Shown here: positions 9,352 to 19,935 of the stretch, piece after piece
How positions within the stretch are numbered: position 1 is the stretch's first letter
How the letters are laid out: each line of letters starts with the position of its first letter
IMG/VR virus record: IMGVR_UViG_3300011480_000001
Location: 1 to 64,000 of that record
Reading direction: 5' to 3' (one strand)
Origin: a virus
Taxonomy: Duplodnaviria; Caudoviricetes
Length of the DNA stretch: 64,000 nt
Translations under genes and position numbers: made by a program
The notes under the pieces: generated by a model
Databases searched by the model: none
Seen by the model: only the letters and a program-made list of their open reading frames with translations
Told to the model about the DNA's origin: nothing

Positions 9352-9372
9352 GTATATGAGCTTGCGAATATA

Positions 9373-10293
9373 CTACCACTCAATGACTACAATACCATGA
9401 CCACCAGGGGAGCTAACGAGAGTACCACCACCACCACCAGAGCCTGGAGTGTTGTTCACTGTATTGCTAGAGGAGCCTGTTCCCGAGCGAATACCCCCAC
9501 CCCAGAAAGACCCACCTCCGTCACCCGAACCACCTCCCGCCGTAGCATTAGGTCCATCAGAGCCGTCACCACCTTTTAGGTTTAAAGAGCCACCACTTGC
9601 GCTTCCGCCAAGCCCACCAGCAGCACTTGAGGATGCACCGGAGCGCTGACCAAGGTTACCCCCTTGACCAACCAAGTAAGTTCCAAAAGAGCTTTGTGAA
9701 CCGCTCTCACCATTAGCTGCCGCTGAAGTTTTTCTAGCTCCGCCAGCACCAACAGTGATAGTAACCGTGTTGACCCCTGTCAAATTGACAGTACCAATTG
9801 CAGTGCCACCGGCACCACCCCCGGCACCACGATTATTTGTGTCACCAGAGCCACCAGATCCACCACCACCCGTTACACTAACCTTGGGCCTTTTAAATCC
9901 AGACTTTAGTGTAGCTGGTACAGTCCATGTATATACACCGGGGGTAGAGAAAACAACCATGTTACTTTCATTGATGTCATACCAAGAACCAGAAACATCT
10001 GTTGTAGGATTTACATTAGTATTGGTTGTAGATGCTTTGTAGATACGCCCGTTGCTGCCTTGTACTAAACTCCTGTTTTCTTGATATTCCGTGACAGCAT
10101 CCCAAATAGCAATACCGTGCTGATTGATATGGGCGATACAAAGATCTTGTCTATTTTGAATATAGTTTTCATATTCGTGAGGTGGGATTTCTTCTAACCA
10201 ACCAATGCTAATCTTTACATCAGAAGGAGTTACAACATCCCCATTGTTTGCCCATATTTTATTAATATCTGAAGGCTTGTTAATTTCTGGCAT
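9373..10293 (-). CDS. tail fibre with glycine-rich domain
   Basis: N-terminal IWA..G...GW...PP..YEN attachment motif; GGGGSGG repeats ending GIVVIEW. Confidence 0.8.
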   Translation of the reverse strand: MPEINKPSDINKIWANNGDVVTPSDVKISIGWLEEIPPHEYENYIQNRQDLCIAHINQHGIAIWDAVTEYQENRSLVQGSNGRIYKASTTNTNVNPTTDVSGSWYDINESNMVVFSTPGVYTWTVPATLKSGFKRPKVSVTGGGGSGGSGDTNNRGAGGGAGGTAIGTVNLTGVNTVTITVGAGGARKTSAAANGESGSQSSFGTYLVGQGGNLGQRSGASSSAAGGLGGSASGGSLNLKGGDGSDGPNATAGGGSGDGGGSFWGGGIRSGTGSSSNTVNNTPGSGGGGGTLVSSPGGHGIVVIEW

Positions 10294-10303
10294 CTTCTTT
10301 ACC

Positions 10304-12181
10304 TTACATTGTACACTTAGATTGGATATCTAAGTCTACGTTTACTGTGGCGCCCGCGGTTGCTGATGCTGTTATAACTCTAAGTTGAGCAAATATTTGG
10401 GTAGAAGTAGGATCATTTGTCAAATTTAGGGCACCCGGTTCCCAATCACCGACATTACTACCGCGCCTCATTTGAAGCTGGACATCATTAATATTTGGTG
10501 TAACACCGAGCGTGTGATTCACAGTTATATTTTTAATTCCGGTAGAGTCGATAGGGACAGAGGCAGTCACTCTTTGTCTAGTTCTTAGTCCGCTTACATT
10601 TTGGATTATCGTGCCGGAACCAAGATCACTTAGCTGTGTTGTATTACCAGAACAAGAACCTCCAAGATATCTAATATTTGTACTTCCGGTGCGAATATCA
10701 ATACCCAATGCATTATTCCTAGCATCACAACCAATCAGCGTAACTTCATCTACGGAATCAAAGATAAACCCTGCTTGTGTGTTTGATCTGGCCATGAGAC
10801 CTTTGTGAGATCCGGTATCTGCTTCAATCGGGTCAACGCCCCAGAATCTAAAACCAACAGCATTAGATTCTGAGGTAATATCTGAGAGGTTAATATCAAG
10901 ATTGGATGCGGATACACCATCTGTACAACCCGAAACATATCCAGCTCTGGCCACAGAACCTCTACCAATCAACCTTAAAGCCTGAGAATTCGAAGCACTT
11001 GAGCCAACTACCTTAAATCCTTCAACACTAGAGGGTTGAGCAAGAGTTTCCCCAGCCGTACCAACCTGAATCCTAATACCCACTAGTCCAGATTCACCAG
11101 TCATTTCACTGATATCGATATTGTAAGCCCTCACCCCCGATCTTAAATCCAAACCAGCTTGAGGAGTGAGAACGTTTGATAAAGGTAAAAGACCAAAATT
11201 TCTGGCTCTAAACCACTCAATAATGCCGCCAGTCTGATTATTAGAATTATTTTTCCAATCTAATCCATCTCCGCCCGTTCGGTTTGTTTCAACCCTAATG
11301 ACCTTACAGAATCCTAAACCATCTTGGCCGATCCCAATACCATAGTAAGGTGTGTCAGTTACATATAAGTCTTCAAGAATTGTAGATGAGCAGTTGTTAG
11401 ATACAGCAATCCCGCTAAAATGATTCTCTGTATTCGTCGGTGTAGTTTGGGTTGCGCGGCTACCATCTATCTGCATAGCGCTAATTCGACATCTTGTAGC
11501 CACAACAGTTTCTTCTACATAAGACCCTATCTTAATTACGGTGCAGTCAGCACCGTCAATTAATTTAAGGATACTTTTACCAATCCCTTGTCCAGCGAAA
11601 GGTATTCCATCATACCTCATATAAATTGCTCGTCTGTTATCCCAATGGGCAGTTGGATTTGGGTTAGTATTTGTTACCCATGTAGTGCCACGACCTAGTA
11701 AAACCCTACCAGGGAATGCGGAACCCACGAAATCTAACGCTCTATTGATACTTAGAGCATTTTCAAGGGCTGTGGCGGGTGTGTTGTCCCCAACTTTAAC
11801 TCCAAACCAAGATACGGGTATATCAAAGTCATAAACTCGAAACCAGACCCTGTTTAGAGTATCGACAATTATAGTTCCGCCATTGTCTTGTAAAGAAGAA
11901 GATGACAACCTAATAAAAGTTCCAGCTAATTCAGATTGTGTTATAAACACTGACTCAGCCGCGCCGGAATAGTTTCTTAGTGCAGTGTAGTTAGCTAATT
12001 TTACTTCTCTATTTTCATAGAGCCATGAAGTTCGATTAGCTAACTGTAGTGCTTGTACGTTTGCATGACCTGCTGATGGATTTGACCCATTAAAAGCAGG
12101 AGCACCACCCAGAGGCGGTGTAGTTTTTTCTAACTGAAAAACTCCATCTTCCCAAATAGGGGTTTCATTTAAATTTGCCAT
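10304..12181 (-). CDS. tailspike / beta-helix depolymerase receptor-binding protein
   Basis: Fibre N-terminus (W..GVFQLE..TP.LGG..ANVQALQLANRT), DNGGTIIV module, pectin-lyase-like repeats. Confidence 0.8.
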   Translation of the reverse strand: MANLNETPIWEDGVFQLEKTTPPLGGAPAFNGSNPSAGHANVQALQLANRTSWLYENREVKLANYTALRNYSGAAESVFITQSELAGTFIRLSSSSLQDNGGTIIVDTLNRVWFRVYDFDIPVSWFGVKVGDNTPATALENALSINRALDFVGSAFPGRVLLGRGTTWVTNTNPNPTAHWDNRRAIYMRYDGIPFAGQGIGKSILKLIDGADCTVIKIGSYVEETVVATRCRISAMQIDGSRATQTTPTNTENHFSGIAVSNNCSSTILEDLYVTDTPYYGIGIGQDGLGFCKVIRVETNRTGGDGLDWKNNSNNQTGGIIEWFRARNFGLLPLSNVLTPQAGLDLRSGVRAYNIDISEMTGESGLVGIRIQVGTAGETLAQPSSVEGFKVVGSSASNSQALRLIGRGSVARAGYVSGCTDGVSASNLDINLSDITSESNAVGFRFWGVDPIEADTGSHKGLMARSNTQAGFIFDSVDEVTLIGCDARNNALGIDIRTGSTNIRYLGGSCSGNTTQLSDLGSGTIIQNVSGLRTRQRVTASVPIDSTGIKNITVNHTLGVTPNINDVQLQMRRGSNVGDWEPGALNLTNDPTSTQIFAQLRVITASATAGATVNVDLDIQSKCTM

Positions 12182-12189
12182 GATGCTCC

Positions 12190-12984
12190 TTAATAAAGCG
12201 TAATCTGTATATCTGATTCACTAAAACGATCAGAGTATGTTGGAACTGGGTTGTACATGTAGGGAAAATCATATGCGAAAGAAACACCATCGTAGGTGAA
12301 TGACCAACTGATTGGTTCATCTGTCCTTACATACTCCCCAAAAATAAGTCTTACTCCAACAGTTTTAGGAATAAGCCTCGAAGGATATCCACCAGAATCA
12401 TCTACATAATAGAGAAGCGCTTTCTCAAAATCAGAAAGTGGTCTGTTGAATAGCACCATAACTGTAGCTGGTTCTATGCTGGTGTCTTCAATAGCAATTG
12501 TGCTTTCTACACCAAATATAAGGTTGATTGCTTTAATAAACTCTTCAGATGTAGATGCTGTAGTATTCTTTAAAATCTTAGCCCTAATAAAAATACGGTA
12601 AGTATTATCATCTAAAAGAACATTCCCACCTAGCGGTTTACCTAAACTCCACCATTTAGCACCAATTGTAGGATCTGTGAGATTACCGTAGCTTCCTGCC
12701 TTTAAAGCACCCTGGAAACCAAAGAATTCATAAAGATCAGCGCTGAGTAATACTCTGTCTTGACCTACAATCCGCCCAATTACGTCAAGCTGTTCACCAG
12801 TTGCAGTGTCAAGACTTCTGAGTTGCATCAAATCTTGAAATGTCTTTTGTAGTGTCTGCATCTCAACTGTAAGCAATTGTAGATAGCGGTCAAAAACAGG
12901 AGCGTTTTCTAATTTGAATTGTTCTGTGGTGCGTGTTCTAGCTAGATCAAGATAGTCAACTTCTTGGAATTCGTTCGCTGCCAT
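12190..12984 (-). CDS. baseplate wedge protein (DUF2612-like)
   Basis: LDTATGEQLDVIGRIVG...YRIFIRAKILKN; follows baseplate J. Confidence 0.8.
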   Translation of the reverse strand: MAANEFQEVDYLDLARTRTTEQFKLENAPVFDRYLQLLTVEMQTLQKTFQDLMQLRSLDTATGEQLDVIGRIVGQDRVLLSADLYEFFGFQGALKAGSYGNLTDPTIGAKWWSLGKPLGGNVLLDDNTYRIFIRAKILKNTTASTSEEFIKAINLIFGVESTIAIEDTSIEPATVMVLFNRPLSDFEKALLYYVDDSGGYPSRLIPKTVGVRLIFGEYVRTDEPISWSFTYDGVSFAYDFPYMYNPVPTYSDRFSESDIQITLY

Positions 12985-12986
12985 AG

Positions 12987-14444
12987 TTACACACCGTTAA
13001 TTAAAATATTCGCAGCACTTATAGTTGCTAAAGCATCGAAGGGGATAGCAATATTGCTTGTTCCTGTTGGGCTTGGAGTTGTTCCGATTGTTAGGCTATC
13101 TACTTGGAAGTTTGGTACACTGTTAATTGGCGTATATAAACGGGAGTAAACAACATCATCTCCAATACCTTGGTTAGCATCAAAATATGCGATAACGGCA
13201 GACTTAATTTGATCTGGACCTGAGGCAGGGAAGTTAGGATCAGATGTGATAGTCATTGAAATATAAATAGGAATTGGATCTGGTCTTTGATATCCAATAA
13301 CATGGGCGTAGCCTTGACTGTCGTAAATAGTAACTTGAGTGTCACCAAAACTCTGAATGCCCATTGGCTTGTTTTCCCAAATCTTCAAAGCAATCTCACT
13401 TCCAACCCCACCCAAAAGGATCGGCATAAAGCTATGGGCCGGAACACCTTGAGCGTTTGTGGTGTTTGTGTCATTCTCATAGATGACTACCTCTTCCACT
13501 CCTTCAAGGTTGATTAATGCTGAGTACAAAGACTCGATGATATTACTAGCTCTTTCAAACTTGGCATTTCTAAACCTTTCTCTAAGCTCTTCATCCGTTT
13601 CAACATTACGCCCAAGAGTGGCAGAAACAATGTTTGTAACAGAGTCAAGTCCAATCACAGGCGTTAGGATATTGGTAATTGTATTTACATCGGCAGAAAT
13701 TGGACCTACAACAGAGGCTTGTGCTTCCCCAATCTTTATAACTTTTGAAATTGCTAGATTACTACTACTAGTAAAATCTACTGTTGAGAATTCATCCACC
13801 CTCTGTACATACAGGATACCTGTAGATCCGGCACCGCTGATGCTCGTAGACAGGGTTGGATGGCTTGATGTAATTACAGAGGCCATGCCTGCAATAATAG
13901 AGTCCCTTGTAGCTCCTACACCGCTTGTGTAGCTAACAGTGTTAGTGGTGCTTGTAGTAGCATAAGTCAGTGTGTATAACGTGCTATCGGATACTGTACT
14001 AGGGAACACACCAACACCAGTAGCCGATGTAGGAGTTAAACTCACGGTTGGCAGGAGTTGCCACTGGTATGCACTAACTGTAGAACCAAATACCAATCCC
14101 GCTGAAAGAGTAGTTCCATTATCCCCAGTTAAAAGCATTTGAGTTGTAGAAAATGTTTGTTGCTGTCTGACCAGTCCACCAAGAGCTACCAAGTTATCAA
14201 GAGCAATACCGGAAGCTGAGTTAGGATCAAAGGCAGAGTAAACTTGTTGTGCTACTTCCCATAGATCACTCAAAGGTTCAGAGATAATACCAATCATTCT
14301 GCCAATGGCAGAGCTATCGCTTGTATCTACCTGATCCCCGGTAGATACGAGGTCTTGAAAAGCATCAACACCACGTTGCCGTAATACTGCTAAGATTTCA
14401 GGGAGTCTTAAGATATCAAGACCACTATCTGTCAAACCTGCCAT
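12987..14444 (-). CDS. baseplate J-like wedge protein
   Basis: FDPNSASGIALD, G.NVETDEELRER, LEGV. Confidence 0.9.
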   Translation of the reverse strand: MAGLTDSGLDILRLPEILAVLRQRGVDAFQDLVSTGDQVDTSDSSAIGRMIGIISEPLSDLWEVAQQVYSAFDPNSASGIALDNLVALGGLVRQQQTFSTTQMLLTGDNGTTLSAGLVFGSTVSAYQWQLLPTVSLTPTSATGVGVFPSTVSDSTLYTLTYATTSTTNTVSYTSGVGATRDSIIAGMASVITSSHPTLSTSISGAGSTGILYVQRVDEFSTVDFTSSSNLAISKVIKIGEAQASVVGPISADVNTITNILTPVIGLDSVTNIVSATLGRNVETDEELRERFRNAKFERASNIIESLYSALINLEGVEEVVIYENDTNTTNAQGVPAHSFMPILLGGVGSEIALKIWENKPMGIQSFGDTQVTIYDSQGYAHVIGYQRPDPIPIYISMTITSDPNFPASGPDQIKSAVIAYFDANQGIGDDVVYSRLYTPINSVPNFQVDSLTIGTTPSPTGTSNIAIPFDALATISAANILINGV

Positions 14445-14454
14445 ATATTATCCT

Positions 14455-14826
14455 TTAGTTAGGAGGGGTAATAGAGATAGTGTCAGTCGTTGAACCATCA
14501 ACCACCTTAACCCTGAAATTTAATGAATATTGTCTGTTTATCAGAGTGGAATTAAAATATGTAATCTCTTTAACACCTGTTTCTGCTAAAATATTTTGTT
14601 GGAAAATTAAGTCAACAGAGCTTTTAGTATTCTTGAATCCAAGAATTCTTTGGAAGTACGGGACCCCGTAATCTGTATTCAAGAACCATTCACCATAAAG
14701 TGTTCTTAATCTAATGAAAAGCCTTTGTTGTACAGTTTCAACGAGAGGCTGAGTCATATCTGTTTTTACTAGAGGACGATTAACAAAAATTATGTCTCCG
14801 CTAGAGTAATCTAATTTGAAATCCAT
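14455..14826 (-). CDS. baseplate gp25-like sheath initiator
   Basis: RLRTLYGEWFLNTDYGVPY. Confidence 0.8.
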   Translation of the reverse strand: MDFKLDYSSGDIIFVNRPLVKTDMTQPLVETVQQRLFIRLRTLYGEWFLNTDYGVPYFQRILGFKNTKSSVDLIFQQNILAETGVKEITYFNSTLINRQYSLNFRVKVVDGSTTDTISITPPN

Positions 14827-14837
14827 AGCAAAGATCC

Positions 14838-15581
14838 TTAAGGATTACTTGGGGGGACAGTACCCGGAGCATGCCGGTGAGTGCTGAATACTACACCATT
14901 GAAGCTGAATACACCTGTATGAGTTACATTACCAGCCCATGTGCAATCGCCTGTCCAAGTGGTATTTTGTGCATCAATTGTAAGTTCAGGTGTGGTTATT
15001 GACGCCGAGCTATTTGCAACAACAGAAGCATTATCGCATTCAACAGAGACATTCTTTCTTGTTCTAATTAGAATATCACCACTCTGTTTGAGCCTGACCT
15101 CGACCTCTGTCTCCGTTCCTACCCCATTAACCAACACAGTATCGTTTGTACTGTGGTCCCAACTTCTTTTAGAAGGATTATTTATGGCAATGCTAGGAGG
15201 TTGAATTGGATAAAATACAGCATCACTTTTATCCATCTTAGCGAAGTTGTTTGGAGTGGTTGGATAACCATCGCCTCCTTTCCAAACCTCAAGAGAACGC
15301 ATAGAGAACACTGCCATTCCGGTGTCACCAACATTAATTGGAAAGGTTAATCCGGCTGTCTTGGACACAGGAAATCCAACAGGGACTCCCATAATTACGC
15401 TCTGTTCGGCTGTTGTACCATCTTCCTTCAATTGATTAACTGAAGGTTGTATGTTAACCATTTGAGTATTTAAGTTATTGACAATTCCTACAACAACGCA
15501 GGGAATAGACGTGTAGTAGTTGTTTGTCTGATTTTCAATAGCAGAATTAAGAAGTTCCTGCAAACTTGCTTCTCTACTCAT
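14838..15581 (-). CDS. baseplate central spike (gp138-like)
   Basis: VPV.FP...LTFPI..GD N-domain; C-terminal HRH iron motif. Confidence 0.85.
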   Translation of the reverse strand: MSREASLQELLNSAIENQTNNYYTSIPCVVVGIVNNLNTQMVNIQPSVNQLKEDGTTAEQSVIMGVPVGFPVSKTAGLTFPINVGDTGMAVFSMRSLEVWKGGDGYPTTPNNFAKMDKSDAVFYPIQPPSIAINNPSKRSWDHSTNDTVLVNGVGTETEVEVRLKQSGDILIRTRKNVSVECDNASVVANSSASITTPELTIDAQNTTWTGDCTWAGNVTHTGVFSFNGVVFSTHRHAPGTVPPSNP

Positions 15582-16471
15582 TTAGTAACTACCTTCTCAA
15601 TAGCTTCGGCTCTGACTTCAACGTACCAAGGGTTGTCTCTGGATGCGCCTGTAAATCTTAAATCGACAATTTTATACCAACCTGTGATATAAGTATCCTC
15701 AAGTTTTACGATGTCTCCGGCAACCAAATCTCCATTCAACATCATTGTCCACTGAACACCTTGCTTTTTACCTTTGTCTTTCTTAGATCTGCGAATATCA
15801 CCATCGACACGATAAGCATTGTCTACGAGGCCAGTATATTTAGAAATGACATAAGCTTGTTCAAAGTTTTCTGTGTTACCTCTATCCCTTTGATGTATGT
15901 AGAGAACGTCATCATCTAGCTGCCAATCACACCCGTATTTCCTGCAAAACTCATCCAGCATTTCTCTTGGAGTGCCTGTCAGTGGATACCCATAAATAAT
16001 CTTACTATTAAAATTTGTACCATTAAAAACACCCCGAGAGGCACCAATTGATTTGGCTAGTACATCAGCAACTTCTGCTAAGGTATTACCTTCTGGTACA
16101 AGTTGACTTAAGATTTTATGATTAAGCTCTGTGTAACCGCTTCCCATGCGTATTTGGGTTACTCGATCCGGTCCTTGTTTTCTCGTAGTACAGAATGTGA
16201 TTTGTCCACCGAAGATACGCCTGATCCCTAAGTCAACGTAACCTGCACTAAAAGAAGCAACTTGATAATCACCTTCAAGCATTTTGATAGTGTCGTCTGG
16301 AAGATTATAAATTTCTATAGTGGCGCTATTAGTCTTATTCTTATTACTACTAGATTTGGAGATATCGAAGGTAATCTGTCTGTCATTGATTAATACACCA
16401 TCACCCGATCTGTAATCGCCTACGATAAGCTCATATTTCCTGTCTCTAATTAGTAGATCGAGATTTGCCAT
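15578..16471 (-). CDS. baseplate hub protein
   Basis: N.ATIEIYNL, AGY...IF.G motifs; position. Confidence 0.75.
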   Translation of the reverse strand: MANLDLLIRDRKYELIVGDYRSGDGVLINDRQITFDISKSSSNKNKTNSATIEIYNLPDDTIKMLEGDYQVASFSAGYVDLGIRRIFGGQITFCTTRKQGPDRVTQIRMGSGYTELNHKILSQLVPEGNTLAEVADVLAKSIGASRGVFNGTNFNSKIIYGYPLTGTPREMLDEFCRKYGCDWQLDDDVLYIHQRDRGNTENFEQAYVISKYTGLVDNAYRVDGDIRRSKKDKGKKQGVQWTMMLNGDLVAGDIVKLEDTYITGWYKIVDLRFTGASRDNPWYVEVRAEAIEKVVTK

Positions 16472-16473
16472 AA

Positions 16474-16809
16474 TTAGTCTTCTTCATCCCAAACATAATA
16501 AAAATTATAGTACTGATCTATATTTTCGGGGTAAACCTTATAAGTCTCCGATACAATATTAGATATCTCTTCCATCCAAAACCACCCAGAAAGATTTGGA
16601 ATAGCATAATCTTTGAACATCGGGTAAGTAGGAACAAGCCTTTCACCTGTCACAATCGGATTTAGATCGGCATCCAATAAGCCAAAACAGTAGCTTTGCA
16701 TACGTTCATTGTACTTAAACTCAAGTACATACGAGTTATCTTCAAGACTGATAGAGTAGGTATAATGAGGATCTTCAAACAACGGTAATGAAACATATCT
16801 CAAAGTCAT
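16474..16809 (-). CDS. baseplate/virion structural protein
   Basis: Position; YNERM..Y...L.D motif. Confidence 0.7.
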   Translation of the reverse strand: MTLRYVSLPLFEDPHYTYSISLEDNSYVLEFKYNERMQSYCFGLLDADLNPIVTGERLVPTYPMFKDYAIPNLSGWFWMEEISNIVSETYKVYPENIDQYYNFYYVWDEED

Positions 16810-17615
16810 TGTGGAAGCTCCGCTGCTATTTTACCCATGGCGTCTGAGTTTGGACCCTTTTCGTTAGTGGGAGCACCTAGTACAGCTTTCTTAGTGCTAT
16901 CCTGCTTACCTTTATTTTCTTTAGACCCAGACTTACCTTTAACTGAAGCTGCTACATCTTTAGGAATTGTAGTCTTTTTCAAATATGCAAAAGTCACTTG
17001 CTCAAATGTCATATCGCAATAAAGAGCATTACCTGAATTAGCATCCTCTCTAAATACAAGATTAGTGATCACCAAACGTGGGATGATTTTCTTAAGTAAG
17101 GATCCAGTGAATTCATAAAGCTCTACAAGTTGAATAAAACTATCAAACTGTTGGGTTTTTTCATTATACTTAATACCTTCAAGCCTCTGTATAAGCTGCT
17201 CTCTTATCTGCTCCGTTAGGTCAGTTTGAGCCAAGTCTATAAACGCAGTAGGACTTAGTTCTGGTAAAAACTGTCCAAGGGAGTCTGGTAAAAGCTTTCC
17301 AAGAACTGTAAGGTCCGTGGAGGTTACTGTAACAGGTTCTGGCGCTTCCCTTGTATTGTATGGAAAGTTTCCTTGTCCATCGCTTATAAGAGTAGTCCCT
17401 GTACTGATATCGTCTGTTGAAAAGACACCTGAGATTGTAAACACAGGATTCTGTTTAATGAAGTGGTCTGTAATGGGAGAACCACCATCAACAGGATGTT
17501 TGCTTACTTGACCTGTGTAGCTTTGTGTATAAACGGTAACAGCATCAAAATACAACATACCAGAGTAAGGATCATTTTCTGTTGTATTGTCTCCCCATTT
17601 AATAGCGAAACTCAT
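16806..17615 (-). CDS. Dit-like tail tube initiator
   Basis: SKHPVDGGSPITDH motif directly after tape measure. Confidence 0.75.
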   Translation of the reverse strand: MSFAIKWGDNTTENDPYSGMLYFDAVTVYTQSYTGQVSKHPVDGGSPITDHFIKQNPVFTISGVFSTDDISTGTTLISDGQGNFPYNTREAPEPVTVTSTDLTVLGKLLPDSLGQFLPELSPTAFIDLAQTDLTEQIREQLIQRLEGIKYNEKTQQFDSFIQLVELYEFTGSLLKKIIPRLVITNLVFREDANSGNALYCDMTFEQVTFAYLKKTTIPKDVAASVKGKSGSKENKGKQDSTKKAVLGAPTNEKGPNSDAMGKIAAELPQ

Positions 17616-17624
17616 ATATCTTCC

Positions 17625-19682
17625 TTATCTGGTATATTGTTGTAGGGTATTTTCCAGGACAGAGGTGAATTGTTTCTGGAATTTCTCATCAAAGTCATCT
17701 TTAGTCGCAGCATCAATATTTACTTTGATATCTGCTTTGATGTCGATAGAACCATTAGAACTTTGCCCTGTAGGTACATAAGGATTCATAGACTTAGTTC
17801 GTGCATCATTCTGATCCACAGGGAAAATACCCATCGGACCATTGAAGTTGTCAGCCCTTCTATTAGCGAACAGGATAGCTTGTTTAGCCTTTTCTCTATT
17901 CAACCAATCAAAGTCTGAATTACTTCCCGTACCAAATGGAGCATCAATCGTTGGGATTCTCGGACCATAGGGGCCAACAGCATCCAAACCAGAGTTTAGC
18001 CCTTGAATGATTAGATTAGCTCCACCACGACCAGGTGCTGTCAGTGTGTTGCCTAGGCTACTACCAGCTGCTATTGCTGCTCTTTTAGCTTCAGCCGTAT
18101 CACCTTCAAACAAGGCATTAACAGCAGCACTTCCATTACCAATCACCCGAAGCGACGTAGTTAAGGTTTTCAAAGCTTCACTGGATTCCATTAAGCCAAG
18201 TAGTTTAGTCCACGCTGTGTAGATATTACCTGTAAGAGTTTCAAGCTCCGTTAGAGTAGATTTAAAGGTTTGCAAGAATTCAAACGCTTTAGCTCTGTCT
18301 TCTTCTGTGGGAAAGAGTTTACTGCCTAGGTAGCTATCTTTACCCTCAAAGAATCTTTGAATGGATTGGAAAGATAATAGTGCGTATGAGGCGTATTTAG
18401 TTGCTGTATCAAAACCTTTAGCCAATCTTTCGACTAGTGGACCTGATTCTGAAAGACCTGCATTTAGTGTTCTAAAGAGTCTAGCAAAACCTGATTCAAC
18501 ACCGCTATCTGAGGCAATCCTTGCTAGGTCAGTGTAAGCATTCTGGAATCTTGCTTGCTCTGCTTGTGAAGCCTGCCCAGCAGCTGTCAGAGCAGGTTGC
18601 GCTCTTTCCGATGCAATGTTGCCAGCAAAGGTGAGAATATCTCCCCTAACTTGACCCCTCTTCATCGCTGCCATCAATTCACTGATAGCTTCTTTTCCGG
18701 TTTTATTGCCGCCAAGCTGCTTTTGGTAAGCTTCTGCAAAGATGCTCACAGCACCCGGTAAGGATTCTGCTAACTGTTGAGTAAGTTCTTCTGCTTGAAG
18801 CTTATCCTTACCAGCAATTTGAGACAATGCCCTATAGACACGCTGCTGTTGTACCCTATCAAGCTTATTCACTCGCGAGTATTCAGAGAACCCTTTAAAT
18901 ACGTTTTGACCTTCGGCTACGCTCATCCCTGCTCCGGTAAGACCAGAGAGAAGTCTGTTGTAATCAGGCGCCGCGTCGAGGTAGTTAAAACCAATCCTAT
19001 TGGCTTGATAGCGAAGGTAATCAAAAGCTTGCTGACCTTGCTGTGGATTTCCTGTCGCCTGCCCAACTACTGCATTGGTTTGCAACTGAGCAGAAACCAG
19101 CTGTTGATTTCGATTATTAAGTGCCGCAAGTCCGTAGCCACCACCAGCTAAAGCTAACGCAGGAAGGTAAGACCTTGCAAGCAACCCACCAACCCCACCT
19201 ACACCACCAGCAACAGCATGGCTAATACCTGTAGGTGAACTTCTTGCAGCTGATCTAAGACTGGCTAATTGCATAGCTCTTTGGTGACGAATAAGAGCTT
19301 CTGATTCTCTGTCTGAGTTTGTAAGTTGTCGTCTGCGATCCCATTCCCGAGAAGTCAGTTGTCCGCCCCCACCAATACCGCCTAATCCAGTACGTCTTCC
19401 AGCCCTGAGAAGTGCAGCTTGCAGATTTCTATCATTAACTGAAAACCTTGCAACCTCAAATGTAACAGAACGGCTAGCTAAATCCAGTGCATTACCAAGA
19501 ACTCTATTTAAATTTCTTTGATTAACTGAAAAAGAGGAAATTTCAAAAGTAAGTTTCTTATTTAGGTTCTTTCCGAAATTAGTAAGTTTTTTCTGTAGGT
19601 TTTTTAAAGTAGCATCAAGTTTTCTAAGTTCTTTTTGATCTACTCTAAAAGAGATGTCAACCGTATATTTTGATATAATCAA
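17625..19682 (-). CDS. tail tape measure protein
   Basis: ALSQIAGKDKLQAEELTQQLAE tape-measure motif; Ala/Gly-rich; TTG start. Confidence 0.92.
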   Translation of the reverse strand: MIISKYTVDISFRVDQKELRKLDATLKNLQKKLTNFGKNLNKKLTFEISSFSVNQRNLNRVLGNALDLASRSVTFEVARFSVNDRNLQAALLRAGRRTGLGGIGGGGQLTSREWDRRRQLTNSDRESEALIRHQRAMQLASLRSAARSSPTGISHAVAGGVGGVGGLLARSYLPALALAGGGYGLAALNNRNQQLVSAQLQTNAVVGQATGNPQQGQQAFDYLRYQANRIGFNYLDAAPDYNRLLSGLTGAGMSVAEGQNVFKGFSEYSRVNKLDRVQQQRVYRALSQIAGKDKLQAEELTQQLAESLPGAVSIFAEAYQKQLGGNKTGKEAISELMAAMKRGQVRGDILTFAGNIASERAQPALTAAGQASQAEQARFQNAYTDLARIASDSGVESGFARLFRTLNAGLSESGPLVERLAKGFDTATKYASYALLSFQSIQRFFEGKDSYLGSKLFPTEEDRAKAFEFLQTFKSTLTELETLTGNIYTAWTKLLGLMESSEALKTLTTSLRVIGNGSAAVNALFEGDTAEAKRAAIAAGSSLGNTLTAPGRGGANLIIQGLNSGLDAVGPYGPRIPTIDAPFGTGSNSDFDWLNREKAKQAILFANRRADNFNGPMGIFPVDQNDARTKSMNPYVPTGQSSNGSIDIKADIKVNIDAATKDDFDEKFQKQFTSVLENTLQQYTR

Positions 19683-19693
19683 TGTAACACCCC

Positions 19694-19906
19694 TTATTTA
19701 GTATTCTTGGCTCTTTCTATAGCTTTTTCTTTAACAGCATCATAGGCTTCAATCATTTCCACCATGTCTAACAAGTCTTTGTAGGTGTATTGTGATTTGA
19801 ACAAAGGTAGTAATTCTAGACCGCCTAATTCTGAATGAGTTACTACCCTATAAATAAGCCAGTTTTGAGAGAATCTGTCTGTAAGATCTTTCTCAAAAGC
19901 TGACAT
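19694..19906 (-). CDS. tail assembly chaperone T-like segment (probably reached by -1 frameshift)
   Basis: Between chaperone and tape measure; frame stays open into the upstream gene; no clear SD. Confidence 0.7.
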   Translation of the reverse strand: MSAFEKDLTDRFSQNWLIYRVVTHSELGGLELLPLFKSQYTYKDLLDMVEMIEAYDAVKEKAIERAKNTK

Positions 19907-19935
19907 ATATTTAGGAGATTGCGATTCAGGCTTTA

